From positions 5,579,360 to 5,643,359 of the forward strand of contig NC_043019.1 of assembly GCF_006345805.1 (NCBI RefSeq): a stretch of DNA of 64,000 nucleotides, read 5' to 3'. The notes beneath the pieces are model-generated. The model ran no database searches. It was not told the origin of the DNA and was given only the letters and a program-made list of their open reading frames with translations. The translations under genes were made by a program, and so were the position numbers. Shown here piece by piece: positions 55,260-62,218 of this stretch. Within the stretch, counting starts at the first letter, position 1; every line of letters starts with the position of its first letter. This DNA comes from Octopus sinensis. Its lineage: Eukaryota.

Positions 55260-56882
55260 CTATATATATAATTATGTGAAATAGAAGATGAATAATCTTG
55301 TAGTAGATAATCAAAAGTTTAACCGATACCTTAGTAGCAAAAATCACAGCAGTGAACAGCACGGTTGGAGGTACAACCATCTGGCGTTGCAACCGTGCGT
55401 TGGTGCGGATAATAATAATGTTATATATATATATATATATATACACTTTATATACTTTTCTACTCTAGACACAAGGCCTGAAAGTTTTGGGGAGGGGGCC
55501 AGTTGATTAGATCAACCCCAGCATGCAACTGGTACTTAATTTATCAAACCTGAAAGATTGAAAGGCAAAGTTGACCTTGGCAGAATTTGAACTCAGAATG
55601 TAAAAACAGATGAATTAATGTTAAGCATTTTACCTGTCGTGCTAACGTTTCTGCCAGCTTGCCGCCAATATATATAATATAGGTGTAGGAGTGGTTACCT
55701 GGTAAGAAGCTTACTTACCAGCCATATGGTTCCAGGTTCAGTCCCACTGCATGGCCCCTTGAGCATGTGTCTTCTTCTATAGCCTCGAGTCAACCAAAGC
55801 CTTGTGAGTGGACAGTAACTTAGCATTTCTACTTTTCTCAAAATATGGCGCTTACTCAGGTAAATACTGAACACCTGTTGACCGGCCTTGCTTGTCATAT
55901 TCAAATTAGCACTGATGATAGAGACAGTAAGAATCTCTATTGGCTTTTGAAGGAAGCTTTTGGCCCTAAAATTTCAGCATGGCGTCTTTTGTTGGACTGA
56001 ATGGGTTTCTTATTCGTAAACCATTCGACAAAGCCCTCTCATCATATCCTGAAACCCTCAGTAGATGAAATAGCAAGCAACAAGTAAACAGAACCTAGAG
56101 AAGGCTTTTAGTAATGATGATGATGAGGATATTATTGCCATCATCATATTAACCCTTTGGCATTTAAACCAGCCATATCTGGCCCAAATAATCTACCTGT
56201 TTTGTATTCAAACTGACTATATCCAGCTTCTCACACCTACCCTACAATGTCATTGTAAAATTATACAATCACATCATTGAAATCTCAGAACTATGAGATA
56301 ATGCATGATTAATTCAAAGCAACATGAATAAACGAGCGTTACCATTTAATAGAGAAAGCTGAATGCTAAAGGGTTAATATCTGCTTTGCTAGTTTTCAGG
56401 GGCTGAAGGGAGTCTCTTGAAGCAGGTTTTCTATAGCTAGATGCCCATCCTGTTACCAGCCCTCACCTGTCTGTACTAGAGTTGATTTGTTTCACTAAAC
56501 CCTGATGATGTGACCAAAATACAGCAGTTTTCACCAACCGGCCACCATCAACTTTTGTGCCTCTCCTGTGTCCTCTTGGGCCTAAATCATTCATTCTGCA
56601 GTTCTCACCTGCAACACATCGTCCTGAACATCCTCAGCCCCTTGGCTCCATATTTCACACCCATACAACTACAGGCCAGGCCAAGGGTTTTAAAAGTTTG
56701 TCAAGGGTGCACTCACAACTCATCTCCCTCAACCAAGTCTTACCTTGATTTCTTGACTACAATCCACTGTTTAATCAATAACAGAACCCAGCTATTTGAG
56801 CTTATCAACCTGGCTTAGCATCACTCCTTCACAACATAATGGTAAGCCACTGTGGTTTCTAGGTGGCTGCTATAGTTTGGGT

Positions 56883-56952
<70 letters not shown>

Positions 56953-58077
56953 CCCCTCTCTCTCTCTCTCTTTCTCTCTCCTCTCTCTCTCTGTCCATCT
57001 ATCTATCTATCATAAGTCAGGAAACTTATACCTTTGAATATCGACCCTGATGGGATCCCTGTGGCCTAATGGATAAGGCGTCGGCTTCCGAAGCCGAAGA
57101 TTGTGGGTTCATATTCCATCAGGGTCGATATTTAAAGGAATAATTTTCCTGACTTATGATATATATCTTACCCTATTCTACTCAGAGCTTTATCTATCTA
57201 TCTACATATCCATCCATCCATCTAGATCAGTGGTTTTCAACCAGGGTTCCCCGGAACCTTAGGGTTCCGCCAGTACAGTCCAGGGGTTCCGTAAGAAGTT
57301 ACAAAATTGCTAAAATCAGCAGTAATTTTTAATTCTCCTGTGCAGATATGTGTGCATAAAACTATTAAATTATTGCACAGGGGTTCCTCAAGCCAGTGGA
57401 ATGTTTCCTTGGGGTTCCGCTCCAGCAAAAAGTTTGAAAAGCACTGATCTAGATACATGTACATGTTTAAGATACCTACATTTACACACACAGAACCAAT
57501 GAAGAAGACATTATATGATCACTGACATTGCTAAAAATAGCAGCTAAATGACCATCAAATAACACCCAATTGTTTAGCAAGGCGAAGGACACATTCAACA
57601 ACGTAGGGTTAGGGTTAGGACACATTCAACAACGTTGGGTTTCATATAAAAAAAAGACAGGACTTGACCTAGGGACCAACACACACACACACAAACACAC
57701 ACATTGTGTCAATAAGCAAAACTTGGAACTCACCTGTGATGTCATGAGGTGATTTCTTCTCTCCTTTGCCACGTTTCACCACAGTCATGCTGCTGCTGCT
57801 GATGCTGCTGCTGTTACCACTACTACTGCTACCAACACTGCTAATCACACTGTTGTTGTTGTTGTTGTTGTTGCTGGTACTGCTACTGGTGCTGTTGTTG
57901 TTCTCAGGGGCTACCCCACCTTTCTTTCTCGGGGTCGCTGTAACCAAATGACAACAATCCTTTAGTTTCTTATTAAAAGAGAAGGCCTTAAGGCGAAGGG
58001 AGCTGACACCGGGGTTCACTTCACAGAAAACCTCCAGTTTTTCTAACAACATCTCAACAATTGATTCCGGACTTTGT
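16407..58077 (-). CDS. ANKFN1: Ankyrin repeat and fibronectin type-III domain-containing protein 1 (wide awake/banderuola orthologue); multi-exon gene model, 17 coding exons in window, 5' end uncertain
   Basis: 17 exons join in frame with GT-AG sites and matching phases. Exons 2-17 total 2,696 nt, plus 1 nt from exon 1 = 899 codons including TAA. Motifs [20 protein letters not shown]3 (PPDAPTN...VTSYKVEWS...[15 protein letters not shown]), [15 protein letters not shown] and [15 protein letters not shown] match the ANKFN1/wake family from recall. Confidence 0.93.
17606..17706 (-). CDS. ANKFN1: ANKFN1 exon 16
   Basis: (N)[33 protein letters not shown]; acceptor tatttacag, weak donor GAG|GTAGAT; phase 0 matches the next exon. 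Confidence 0.88.
18091..18601. mobile_element. pogo/Tc1-type MITE
   Basis: TA|CCATAAATCCTTGAG ... CTCGAGGATTTACGG|TA. Confidence 0.8.
18715..18900 (-). CDS. ANKFN1: ANKFN1 exon 15
   Basis: (G)[39 protein letters not shown]...LPVQVFEM; acceptor gattgcag, donor GTAAGT. Confidence 0.95.
19989..20113 (-). CDS. ANKFN1: ANKFN1 exon 14
   Basis: [41 protein letters not shown]; acceptor catttcag, donor GTAAGT. Confidence 0.92.
21863..22029 (-). CDS. ANKFN1: ANKFN1 exon 13
   Basis: [55 protein letters not shown](R); acceptor ctcttacag, donor GTAAGA. Confidence 0.95.
23813..23866 (+). ncRNA. Type I hammerhead ribozyme motif, canonical core
   Basis: TATCA-CTGATGA-AGAG(..)CTCT-GAAA-TCGGG-TC-TGATA; GUC site after 23861. 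Confidence 0.8.
24317..24535 (-). CDS. ANKFN1: ANKFN1 exon 12
   Basis: [26 protein letters not shown]...HELLLNSAA (73 codons); acceptor tcttaacag, donor GTAAGT. Confidence 0.93.
24619..25047 (-). mobile_element. SINE family A, full length
   Basis: Complete head, internal microsatellite, TAAAAGAG-repeat tail. Confidence 0.9.
25556..25590 (-). ncRNA. Minimal hammerhead motif, 35 nt, intact core
   Basis: GTTT-CTGATGA-A-GAGC-TCC-GCTC-GAAA-TGT-T-AAAT. Confidence 0.72.
25745..26335 (+). mobile_element. Degenerate RTE/BovB-like LINE C-terminal remnant
   Basis: [11 protein letters not shown]...[16 protein letters not shown] with stops and frameshifts. Confidence 0.6.
26553..26666 (-). CDS. ANKFN1: ANKFN1 exon 11
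   Basis: [38 protein letters not shown]; acceptor tcttttag, donor GTAAGT. Confidence 0.93.
28760..28895 (-). CDS. ANKFN1: ANKFN1 exon 10
   Basis: [45 protein letters not shown]; acceptor tgtttcag, donor GTAAGT. Confidence 0.95.
29229..29321 (-). ncRNA. Hammerhead ribozyme motif, left arm of palindrome (sense to ANKFN1)
   Basis: CCTTTCTTTC-CTGATGA-GAAG..CTTC-GAAA-CATGTG-TC-GAGAGTAAAGG. Confidence 0.82.
29393..29485 (+). ncRNA. Hammerhead ribozyme motif, right arm of palindrome
   Basis: CCTTTCTTTC-CTGACGA-GAAGA..TCTTC-GAAA-CATATG-TC-GAGAGTAAAGG; palindromic stem III ACATATGT; GUC site after 29474. Confidence 0.85.
30322..30412 (-). CDS. ANKFN1: ANKFN1 exon 9
   Basis: (E)[29 protein letters not shown](R); acceptor tatttacag, donor GTAAGA. 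Confidence 0.92.
30602..30715 (-). CDS. ANKFN1: ANKFN1 exon 8
   Basis: (S)[37 protein letters not shown]; acceptor ctctacaag, donor GTTAGT. Confidence 0.9.
30825..31159. mobile_element. hAT (Charlie-like) MITE
   Basis: CAGTGGTTCTC...GGACCACTG with 8-bp TSD TTATAGAC/TTATACAC. Confidence 0.8.
31403..31819 (+). mobile_element. SINE family A with A-box region replaced
   Basis: GGCGCAGGAGTG, then a foreign 20-mer, then the normal body. Confidence 0.9.
32433..32621 (-). CDS. ANKFN1: ANKFN1 exon 7 (FN3 C-half)
   Basis: (V)EWSKSSDF...[27 protein letters not shown]; acceptor ctgtttag, donor GTGAGT. Confidence 0.95.
32854..32889 (-). ncRNA. Degenerate copy of the CUGU-core minimal hammerhead
   Basis: CTTT-CTGTCGA-A-GAGC-ACAG-GCTC-AAAA-TAT-A-AAAG. 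Confidence 0.5.
33572..33793. mobile_element. piggyBac-type MITE, family 2
   Basis: TTAA|CCCTTT...AAAGGG|TTAA; highly similar to 12890-13109. Confidence 0.85.
34343..34389 (+). ncRNA. Hammerhead-like motif with U4C core variant
   Basis: AAAACTGT-CCGATGA-A-CGGCAACGG-GAAA-CTCAGAG-TA-ACAGGTTTT. Confidence 0.62.
34722..34835 (-). CDS. ANKFN1: ANKFN1 exon 6 (FN3 N-half)
   Basis: [37 protein letters not shown]; acceptor ttccatag, donor GTAAGA. Confidence 0.95.
36128..36529 (+). mobile_element. Non-autonomous Helitron
   Basis: A|TC...CTAG|T, with GC-rich subterminal segment before CTAG. Confidence 0.85.
36567..36645 (-). CDS. ANKFN1: ANKFN1 exon 5 (below ORF-track threshold)
   Basis: [26 protein letters not shown](R), resembling human EKEKQLKAWEWRYRLYRRMKTGFEHAR; acceptor ttttttcag, donor GTAAGT. 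Confidence 0.93.
38402..38820. repeat. (TAG)n/(CAG)n triplet tract abutting the exon 4 donor
   Basis: Direct reading. Confidence 0.95.
38832..38965 (-). CDS. ANKFN1: ANKFN1 exon 4
   Basis: (F)[44 protein letters not shown]; acceptor ctctgccag, donor GTGAGC. Confidence 0.9.
39258..39292 (-). ncRNA. Minimal hammerhead motif, core mutated (CCAACGA)
   Basis: GTTT-CCAACGA-A-GAGC-TCC-GCTC-GAAA-CGT-T-AAAC. Confidence 0.6.
39364..39760 (+). mobile_element. SINE family A, diverged
   Basis: Same head, body and tail motifs. Confidence 0.8.
39769..40319 (+). mobile_element. Helitron/Helentron-like non-autonomous element
   Basis: TATTATATAAAAT start, (CTGT)n near the 5' end, subterminal hairpin CCGTCC-ATT-GGACGG, end CTCG|T. 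Confidence 0.7.
40403..40437 (+). ncRNA. Minimal hammerhead motif, G8A mutated
   Basis: GTTT-CTGACAA-A-GAGC-GCC-GCTC-GAAA-CGT-A-AAAC. Confidence 0.65.
41726..41829 (-). CDS. ANKFN1: ANKFN1 exon 3 (ankyrin repeat 2)
   Basis: [34 protein letters not shown]; acceptor tatttag, donor GTAAGT. Confidence 0.95.
42370..42414 (-). ncRNA. Hammerhead-like variant (CUGAUGCG), left arm
   Basis: GGACCA-CTGATGCG-GTCAC..GTGAC-GAAA-GAAC-TC-TGGCC. Confidence 0.62.
42578..42622 (+). ncRNA. Hammerhead-like variant (CUGAUGCG), right arm
   Basis: Identical motif on the opposite strand; CUC site after 42617. Confidence 0.62.
42783..43655 (+). mobile_element. Internally deleted Tc1/mariner DD37D (maT-type) transposon
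   Basis: About 28-bp imperfect TIRs ((C)AGGGTG...AAATTGTCA), TA on the right. [16 protein letters not shown]...WQQDSAP...[14 protein letters not shown] with 37 residues between the last two Asp; internal stops. Confidence 0.88.
45088..45123 (-). ncRNA. Minimal hammerhead-like motif with CUGUAGA core
   Basis: CTTT-CTGTAGA-A-GAGC-ATAG-GCTC-GAAA-CGT-A-AAAG. Confidence 0.65.
45389..45467 (-). CDS. ANKFN1: ANKFN1 exon 2 (ankyrin repeat 1)
   Basis: (A)[25 protein letters not shown](R); acceptor tctctttgcag, donor GTCAGT. Confidence 0.92.
47000..47165. repeat. (TCT)n/(TCC)n polypyrimidine tract
   Basis: Direct reading. Confidence 0.95.
48907..49137 (-). mobile_element. tRNA-derived SINE family B, full length
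   Basis: Reverse complement of GGTGGCGAGCTGGCAGAA...GAGTTCAAATTCC...AATAAAGAAATA-like end. Confidence 0.88.
49172..49575 (+). mobile_element. SINE family A, full length
   Basis: GGTGCAGGAGTGGCTGTGTGGTAAG...ACAAGTAAAAGAG. Confidence 0.9.
49972..50190. repeat. (GCT)n-(CTA)n-(CCA)n compound triplet repeat
   Basis: Direct reading. Confidence 0.95.
50720..51151 (+). mobile_element. 5'-truncated copy of the RTE 3'UTR with (GAT)n tail
   Basis: Matches the reverse complement of 5781-6600, including the ATCGATCAACA segment. Similar stubs near 20886, 27480, 28230, 37435, 52400. Confidence 0.82.
51904..52280 (+). mobile_element. Non-autonomous Helitron, same family, 3'-truncated
   Basis: Near-identical to 36128-36510; stops at ACCCGAGCAA. 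Confidence 0.85.
52900..53107. repeat. (TG)n tract
   Basis: Direct reading. Confidence 0.95.
54021..54082 (-). ncRNA. Hammerhead ribozyme motif, left arm
   Basis: GATAA-CTGAAGA-GATG..CATC-C-GAAA-CTCAGAG-TT-TTATC. Confidence 0.75.
54248..54308 (+). ncRNA. Hammerhead ribozyme motif, right arm
   Basis: GATAA-CTGAAGA-GATG..CATC-C-GAAA-CTCAGAG-TT-TTATC; GUU site after 54303. Confidence 0.77.
55455..55666 (-). mobile_element. SINE family B
   Basis: Same head, alternative 3' tail. Confidence 0.85.
55682..55812 (+). mobile_element. SINE family A, 5' half
   Basis: Head through CCTTGTGAGTGGA. Confidence 0.8.
56153..56373. mobile_element. piggyBac-type MITE, family 1 (unexpanded)
   Basis: TTAA|CCCTTTGGC...GCTAAAGGG|TTAA. 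Confidence 0.85.
57055..57127 (+). pseudogene. tRNA-Arg(CCG) pseudogene
   Basis: Cloverleaf: CCCTG/CAGGG acceptor, GCCT/AGGC D-stem, TCGGC-TTCCGAA-GCCGA anticodon arm (CCG at 57088-57090), GTGGG/TCCAT T-stem. The first two bases do not pair, and the T-loop reads TTCATAT instead of TTCGAAT. Confidence 0.85.
57228..57446. mobile_element. hAT (Charlie-like) MITE
   Basis: CAGTGGTTTTCAA...TTGAAAAGCACTG with perfect 8-bp TSD ATCTAGAT. Confidence 0.9.
57734..58077 (-). CDS. ANKFN1: ANKFN1 exon 1 in window (N-terminal, Asn/Ser-rich low complexity); possible start ATG at 58052
   Basis: Acceptor tgtttcttttcag, donor CAG|GTGAGT. Open frame [17 protein letters not shown]...KKSPHDIT. Phase-1 end joins the next exon as A-LFEAVE. 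Little recognisable homology, so lower confidence. Confidence 0.7.
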
Positions 58078-58566
58078 CTGAAAAGAAACATTGTGTCTTG
58101 TCTAGTTGTTGTTGTTGTCGTTGTCGTTGTTGTTGTTGTTTGGGGGTAGTCCAGTACAATGTTGGTTCCTTCTGTAATTAAACTAATTAATATCAGCAGA
58201 ATGGGGAAGGATGGTCAGTGTTGTTGTTTTAAAATGTCCCTGAGTAAAAGTTGTAATTAATATTGTTGTTGTTGTTGTTGTTGTGAAAGTCACCCCCCTC
58301 TCATGATGGCGATGGTAGGGGGTGATATGTAGTTATTTTAAAAGCTCCTTGCTTTCTCTGATTTATCATTATTGTAGTTTTAAAGGTCTGTATTCCTCTT
58401 GTTATTGCTATTGTCGTTGTTGCTGCCTCTGCCTTTTATTATTTTTCCTTCACTAATTATTTCTCTAATTGGTTTTTCCCTGCCAATTAATCCCTGACAC
58501 TGAATTATGCAAGTTATATCAGAGTAAGTATACAACAGTCTGTATCTGTGTGAATATACTGGTGAT

Positions 58567-58600
<34 letters not shown>

Positions 58601-58952
58601 ATGTCTATATAATATCTATACACATGTGTATATATTTTAGTGTGTGCATGTATGCTTATTTATGTAAAAGTGTATGCTTGTCCATTGTTATATATATCTG
58701 TATGTGGCGATGTAATAACTGTATGTACAATCATATGTACGCCCTTGTTATGTCAGTTTGTGTTATAACTGTACACTCAATGATAAGTATATAGATGTGT
58801 ATATATATGTGTGTGTATATATCTATAAATTCTTGTAGTAAAGTTTCCACATGAAATACTTTTCTTTCTGTTGGAATTTACTCCAATTCAATTCTGCTTC
58901 TTTGCCTCTTTCTTCAATTTCTTTTTGGTGGTTTATAATTATTATTATTATG

Positions 58953-58997
<45 letters not shown>

Positions 58998-59225
58998 GTT
59001 GTTTTTGCTGTTGTTGTTATTTGTTATTATTGTCTTATCTATATACATTTAACTTAGATCTTCTCTTTGTGCTGGAATATAAGAAATAATTCTTCTCTCT
59101 TTCCAAATTAACCATTCAGCAGGCATGACTTGTGTGAGTGAGTGTGTGTGCGTATGTGTATGTGTGTGTGTGTGTGTCAACACGTGTTTTTTTTTTTTGT
59201 ATGCGTCACTCTGGGTGAATGTGAC

Positions 59226-59264
<39 letters not shown>

Positions 59265-59608
59265 GTATGTCTTTGTGTGTGTGTGAGAGAGAGAGAGAAT
59301 GAAGAATGTTGCTCTCTCAGTACTACAAAGTGGTAAGATGGTTCCGGTGAATTTTAAACTCTGCCACACCACTTAACAATGGCAACTGTTTTGTTTTTTT
59401 TATATTTTTAATCTCCTTCATTGTGGCTATTTCACGTCCATTAAACATCCTTGTGGAAATGCATAAACTCCACCACACCACACCACTTTCTTTTAACTCC
59501 TTATTCACCCGAGCGGTACTCATTCATTTCACTGTACTCCACATTAGTTGTACTCCTTCGCAATGTTAGAATCCCTAGGGAGAGGCATGAAGGCCTCCAA
59601 CTTGCTTC

Positions 59609-59708
59609 NNNNNNNNNNNNNNNNNNNNNNNNNNNNNNNNNNNNNNNNNNNNNNNNNNNNNNNNNNNNNNNNNNNNNNNNNNNNNNNNNNNNNNNNNNNN
59701 NNNNNNNN
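59609..59708. other. Assembly gap (100 N)
   Basis: Run of exactly 100 N, a placeholder length. Confidence 0.99.
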
Positions 59709-60127
59709 ATTATGGACGAGAACAATTATATATAGTGTTGTTTGCTTAATGTGGCGGGAGCTTATGGAAGAGGAAGACCCAAGAGGATGAAGTGGTGGAG
59801 GCTGAACCTCAGGATCCCATACCTGATGGATGAGATAACAGAGGACGGGGCCCCTGGTGATATGAGGCTCTTGATAAGATTTGCTGTTCCCAGTGAAACT
59901 GAGTGCTGGAAATGCTGTTTTGGATTCTCCATCCATCACAAGTGATTCCCTTCTACCTCATGCATTATACCTGCCTCTTCTCCTTCCTCCTGGCTTCTAC
60001 AGGCTACTCAACCATGTCATCTCTCTACCCTGACAGCTGTATCATCTTTACAACTCCTGCTTCTGCCCCACCCCATATCTCTTCTGCGTCCCTGCCTTCC
60101 CCAGCTCATAGTTATTGTTTCGTCTGT

Positions 60128-60510
60128 GGAGGTGCAATGGCCCAGTGGTTAGGGCAGCGCACTCGCAGTCGTAAGATCGCGGTTTCTATTCCCAGACCGG
60201 GCGTTGTGAGTGTTTATTGAGCGAAAACACCTAAAAAGCTCCACGAGGCTCCGGCAGGGGGTGGTGGTGATCCCTGCTGTACTCTTTCACCACAACTTTC
60301 TCTCACTCTTACTTCCTGTTTCTGTTGTACCTGTATTTCAAAGGGCCGGCCTTGTCACTCTCTGTGTCATGCTGAATATCCCGAGAACTACGTTAAGGGT
60401 ACACATGTCTGTGGAGTGCTCAGCCACTTACACGTTAATTTCACGAGCAGGCTGTTCCATTGATTGGATCAACCGGAACCCTCGTCGTGGTAACAGATGG
60501 AGTGCTTCCA
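60128..60510 (+). mobile_element. tRNA-derived SINE family C
   Basis: GGAGGTGCAATGGCCCAGTGGTTAGGG head; relatives at 44192-44435 (+) and about 19075-19351 (-). Confidence 0.82.
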
Positions 60511-60912
60511 TTCCATTGTTTCGTCTACCTTCAGTGCTACCTATATTGGCAGTCTGCCTCACAACCTCCTCATTCTCCTTCCCATACGATCTTACAAACC
60601 CCCCACCCGTCCACATCTACTCAGCTTCTGCCTCGTGGGGCCCACCTATTATCTATTTCTTGCAGTTCTAACCAATAATTTTTCTTTCTCTCCCACTTTC
60701 CCCAACAAGATGTGAGTAACCATGCAGATATCTCTACAGGAACCTGCACTTCCTCCTCCCCCAAATAGTAATTCCCCTGTTCCTTAGCATGAAGCTGGCC
60801 CCTTGCTACCTCCCCTACGGTTCATAGTCCTATATGCTTCATGGTAGCCTCAATAGTGCTGGTGACATGAAAAAACACCCAATCCACACTGTAAAGTGGT
60901 TGGTATTAGAAA

Positions 60913-61138
60913 GGTGGTGAGCTGGCAGAAACGTTAGCACGCCGGGCGAAATGCGTAGCTGTATTTCGTCTGTCGTTACATTGTGAGTTCAAATTCCGCC
61001 GAGGTTGTCTTTGCCTTTCATCCTTTCGGGGTCGATTAGTTAAGTACCAATTACGCACTGGGGTCGATGTAATCGACTTAATACCTATGTCTGTCTTTGT
61101 CCCTTCTATGTTTAGCCCTTGTGGGCAATAAAGAAATA
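60913..61138 (+). mobile_element. SINE family B, full length
   Basis: GGTGGTGAGCTGGCAGAAACGTTAGC...GCAATAAAGAAATA. Other copies near 985-1075, 9545-9745, 13600-13805, 19365-19820, 30440-30520, 35655-35868, 37175-37383, 45712-46084. Confidence 0.88.
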
Positions 61139-61403
61139 GGTATTAGAAAGGGCAACCAACTGTAAAAGAACCCTGCCAAAGCAGACGTTGGAGCTTGATG
61201 CAGTGCCTGGACAAATCAGATATGGTCATACTGTCCAAGCCACACCAGCAAGGAACACAGAGGTTAAATGATGATGATGATGATGATGATATCTCATATA
61301 GCATGTTCATTAGTTTAGTATACAACATGGTACAATATTAATTATTTGGTTTAGTACTTAATATATCAAACATTTAAAAATTATATTTAGTGAAAATATA
61401 ATA

Positions 61404-61572
61404 GGCATAGGAATGGCTGTGTGGTAAGCAGCATGGTTCTGGGTTCAGTCCCACTGCATGGCACCTTGGGCAAGTGTCTTCTGCTATAACCTTGGGCCGA
61501 CCAAAGCGTTGTGAGTGAATTTGGTTGACGGAAACTGAAAGAAGCCCTTCATATATTATATATATATATATA

Positions 61573-61615
<43 letters not shown>

Positions 61616-61830
61616 ATGTGTCTGTATCTGTGTTTGTCCCCCGGCCACCAACATCTCTTAACAACCGATGCTGGTGTGTTTATGTCTCAGTAACTTAGTA
61701 GTTGGGCAAAAGAGACCGATAGAACAAATACTAGGCTTACAAAGAATAAGTCTTGGGGGTCGATTTGCTCGACTAAAGGCGGTGCTTCAGCATGGCCACC
61801 GTCAAATGACTGAAACAAGTAAAAGAATAA
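61404..61830 (+). mobile_element. SINE family A
   Basis: Same motifs; followed by (AG)n. Further partial copies near 4690-5117, 20305-20540, 21440-21615, 22865-23150, 25170-25330, 32995-33135. Confidence 0.85.
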
Positions 61831-61841
61831 AGAGAGAAAGA

Positions 61842-61910
<69 letters not shown>

Positions 61911-62184
61911 AACTCCAGCAAGCTGTTTGTTTGAAATATGAAAAGACGTTAATTTTCGACATGAAACTTTCTTGTTTGTTATAGAATGGATAAAGTTGGT
62001 CCCCACCGCCATCATCATCATCATCATCATCCTCACCAGCATTGCCAATACTATCACCACCACCACTACCACCACAACAACAACAAAATCATCGTCGTCA
62101 TCACCACTACCAGTTGTCATATAATTAGTCTGGTGACTCAGTTAAGTCGCTTTCCCCTCCTACTCAATTGCTTGCATTAAATAA

Positions 62185-62218
<34 letters not shown>

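Noticed and set aside
57055-57127. Functional tRNA-Arg gene
   Set aside because: Acceptor positions 1-2 unpaired, B-box/T-loop mutated, embedded in an inverted duplication.
59049-59523. First coding exon of ANKFN1
   Set aside because: No strong donor of the needed phase; the one phase-2 GT would create TGA. Possibly UTR or promoter, but unsupported, and next to a gap.
60128-60200. SINE heads as tRNA genes
   Set aside because: A/B boxes are present, but there is no complete cloverleaf and they run into multi-copy SINE bodies.
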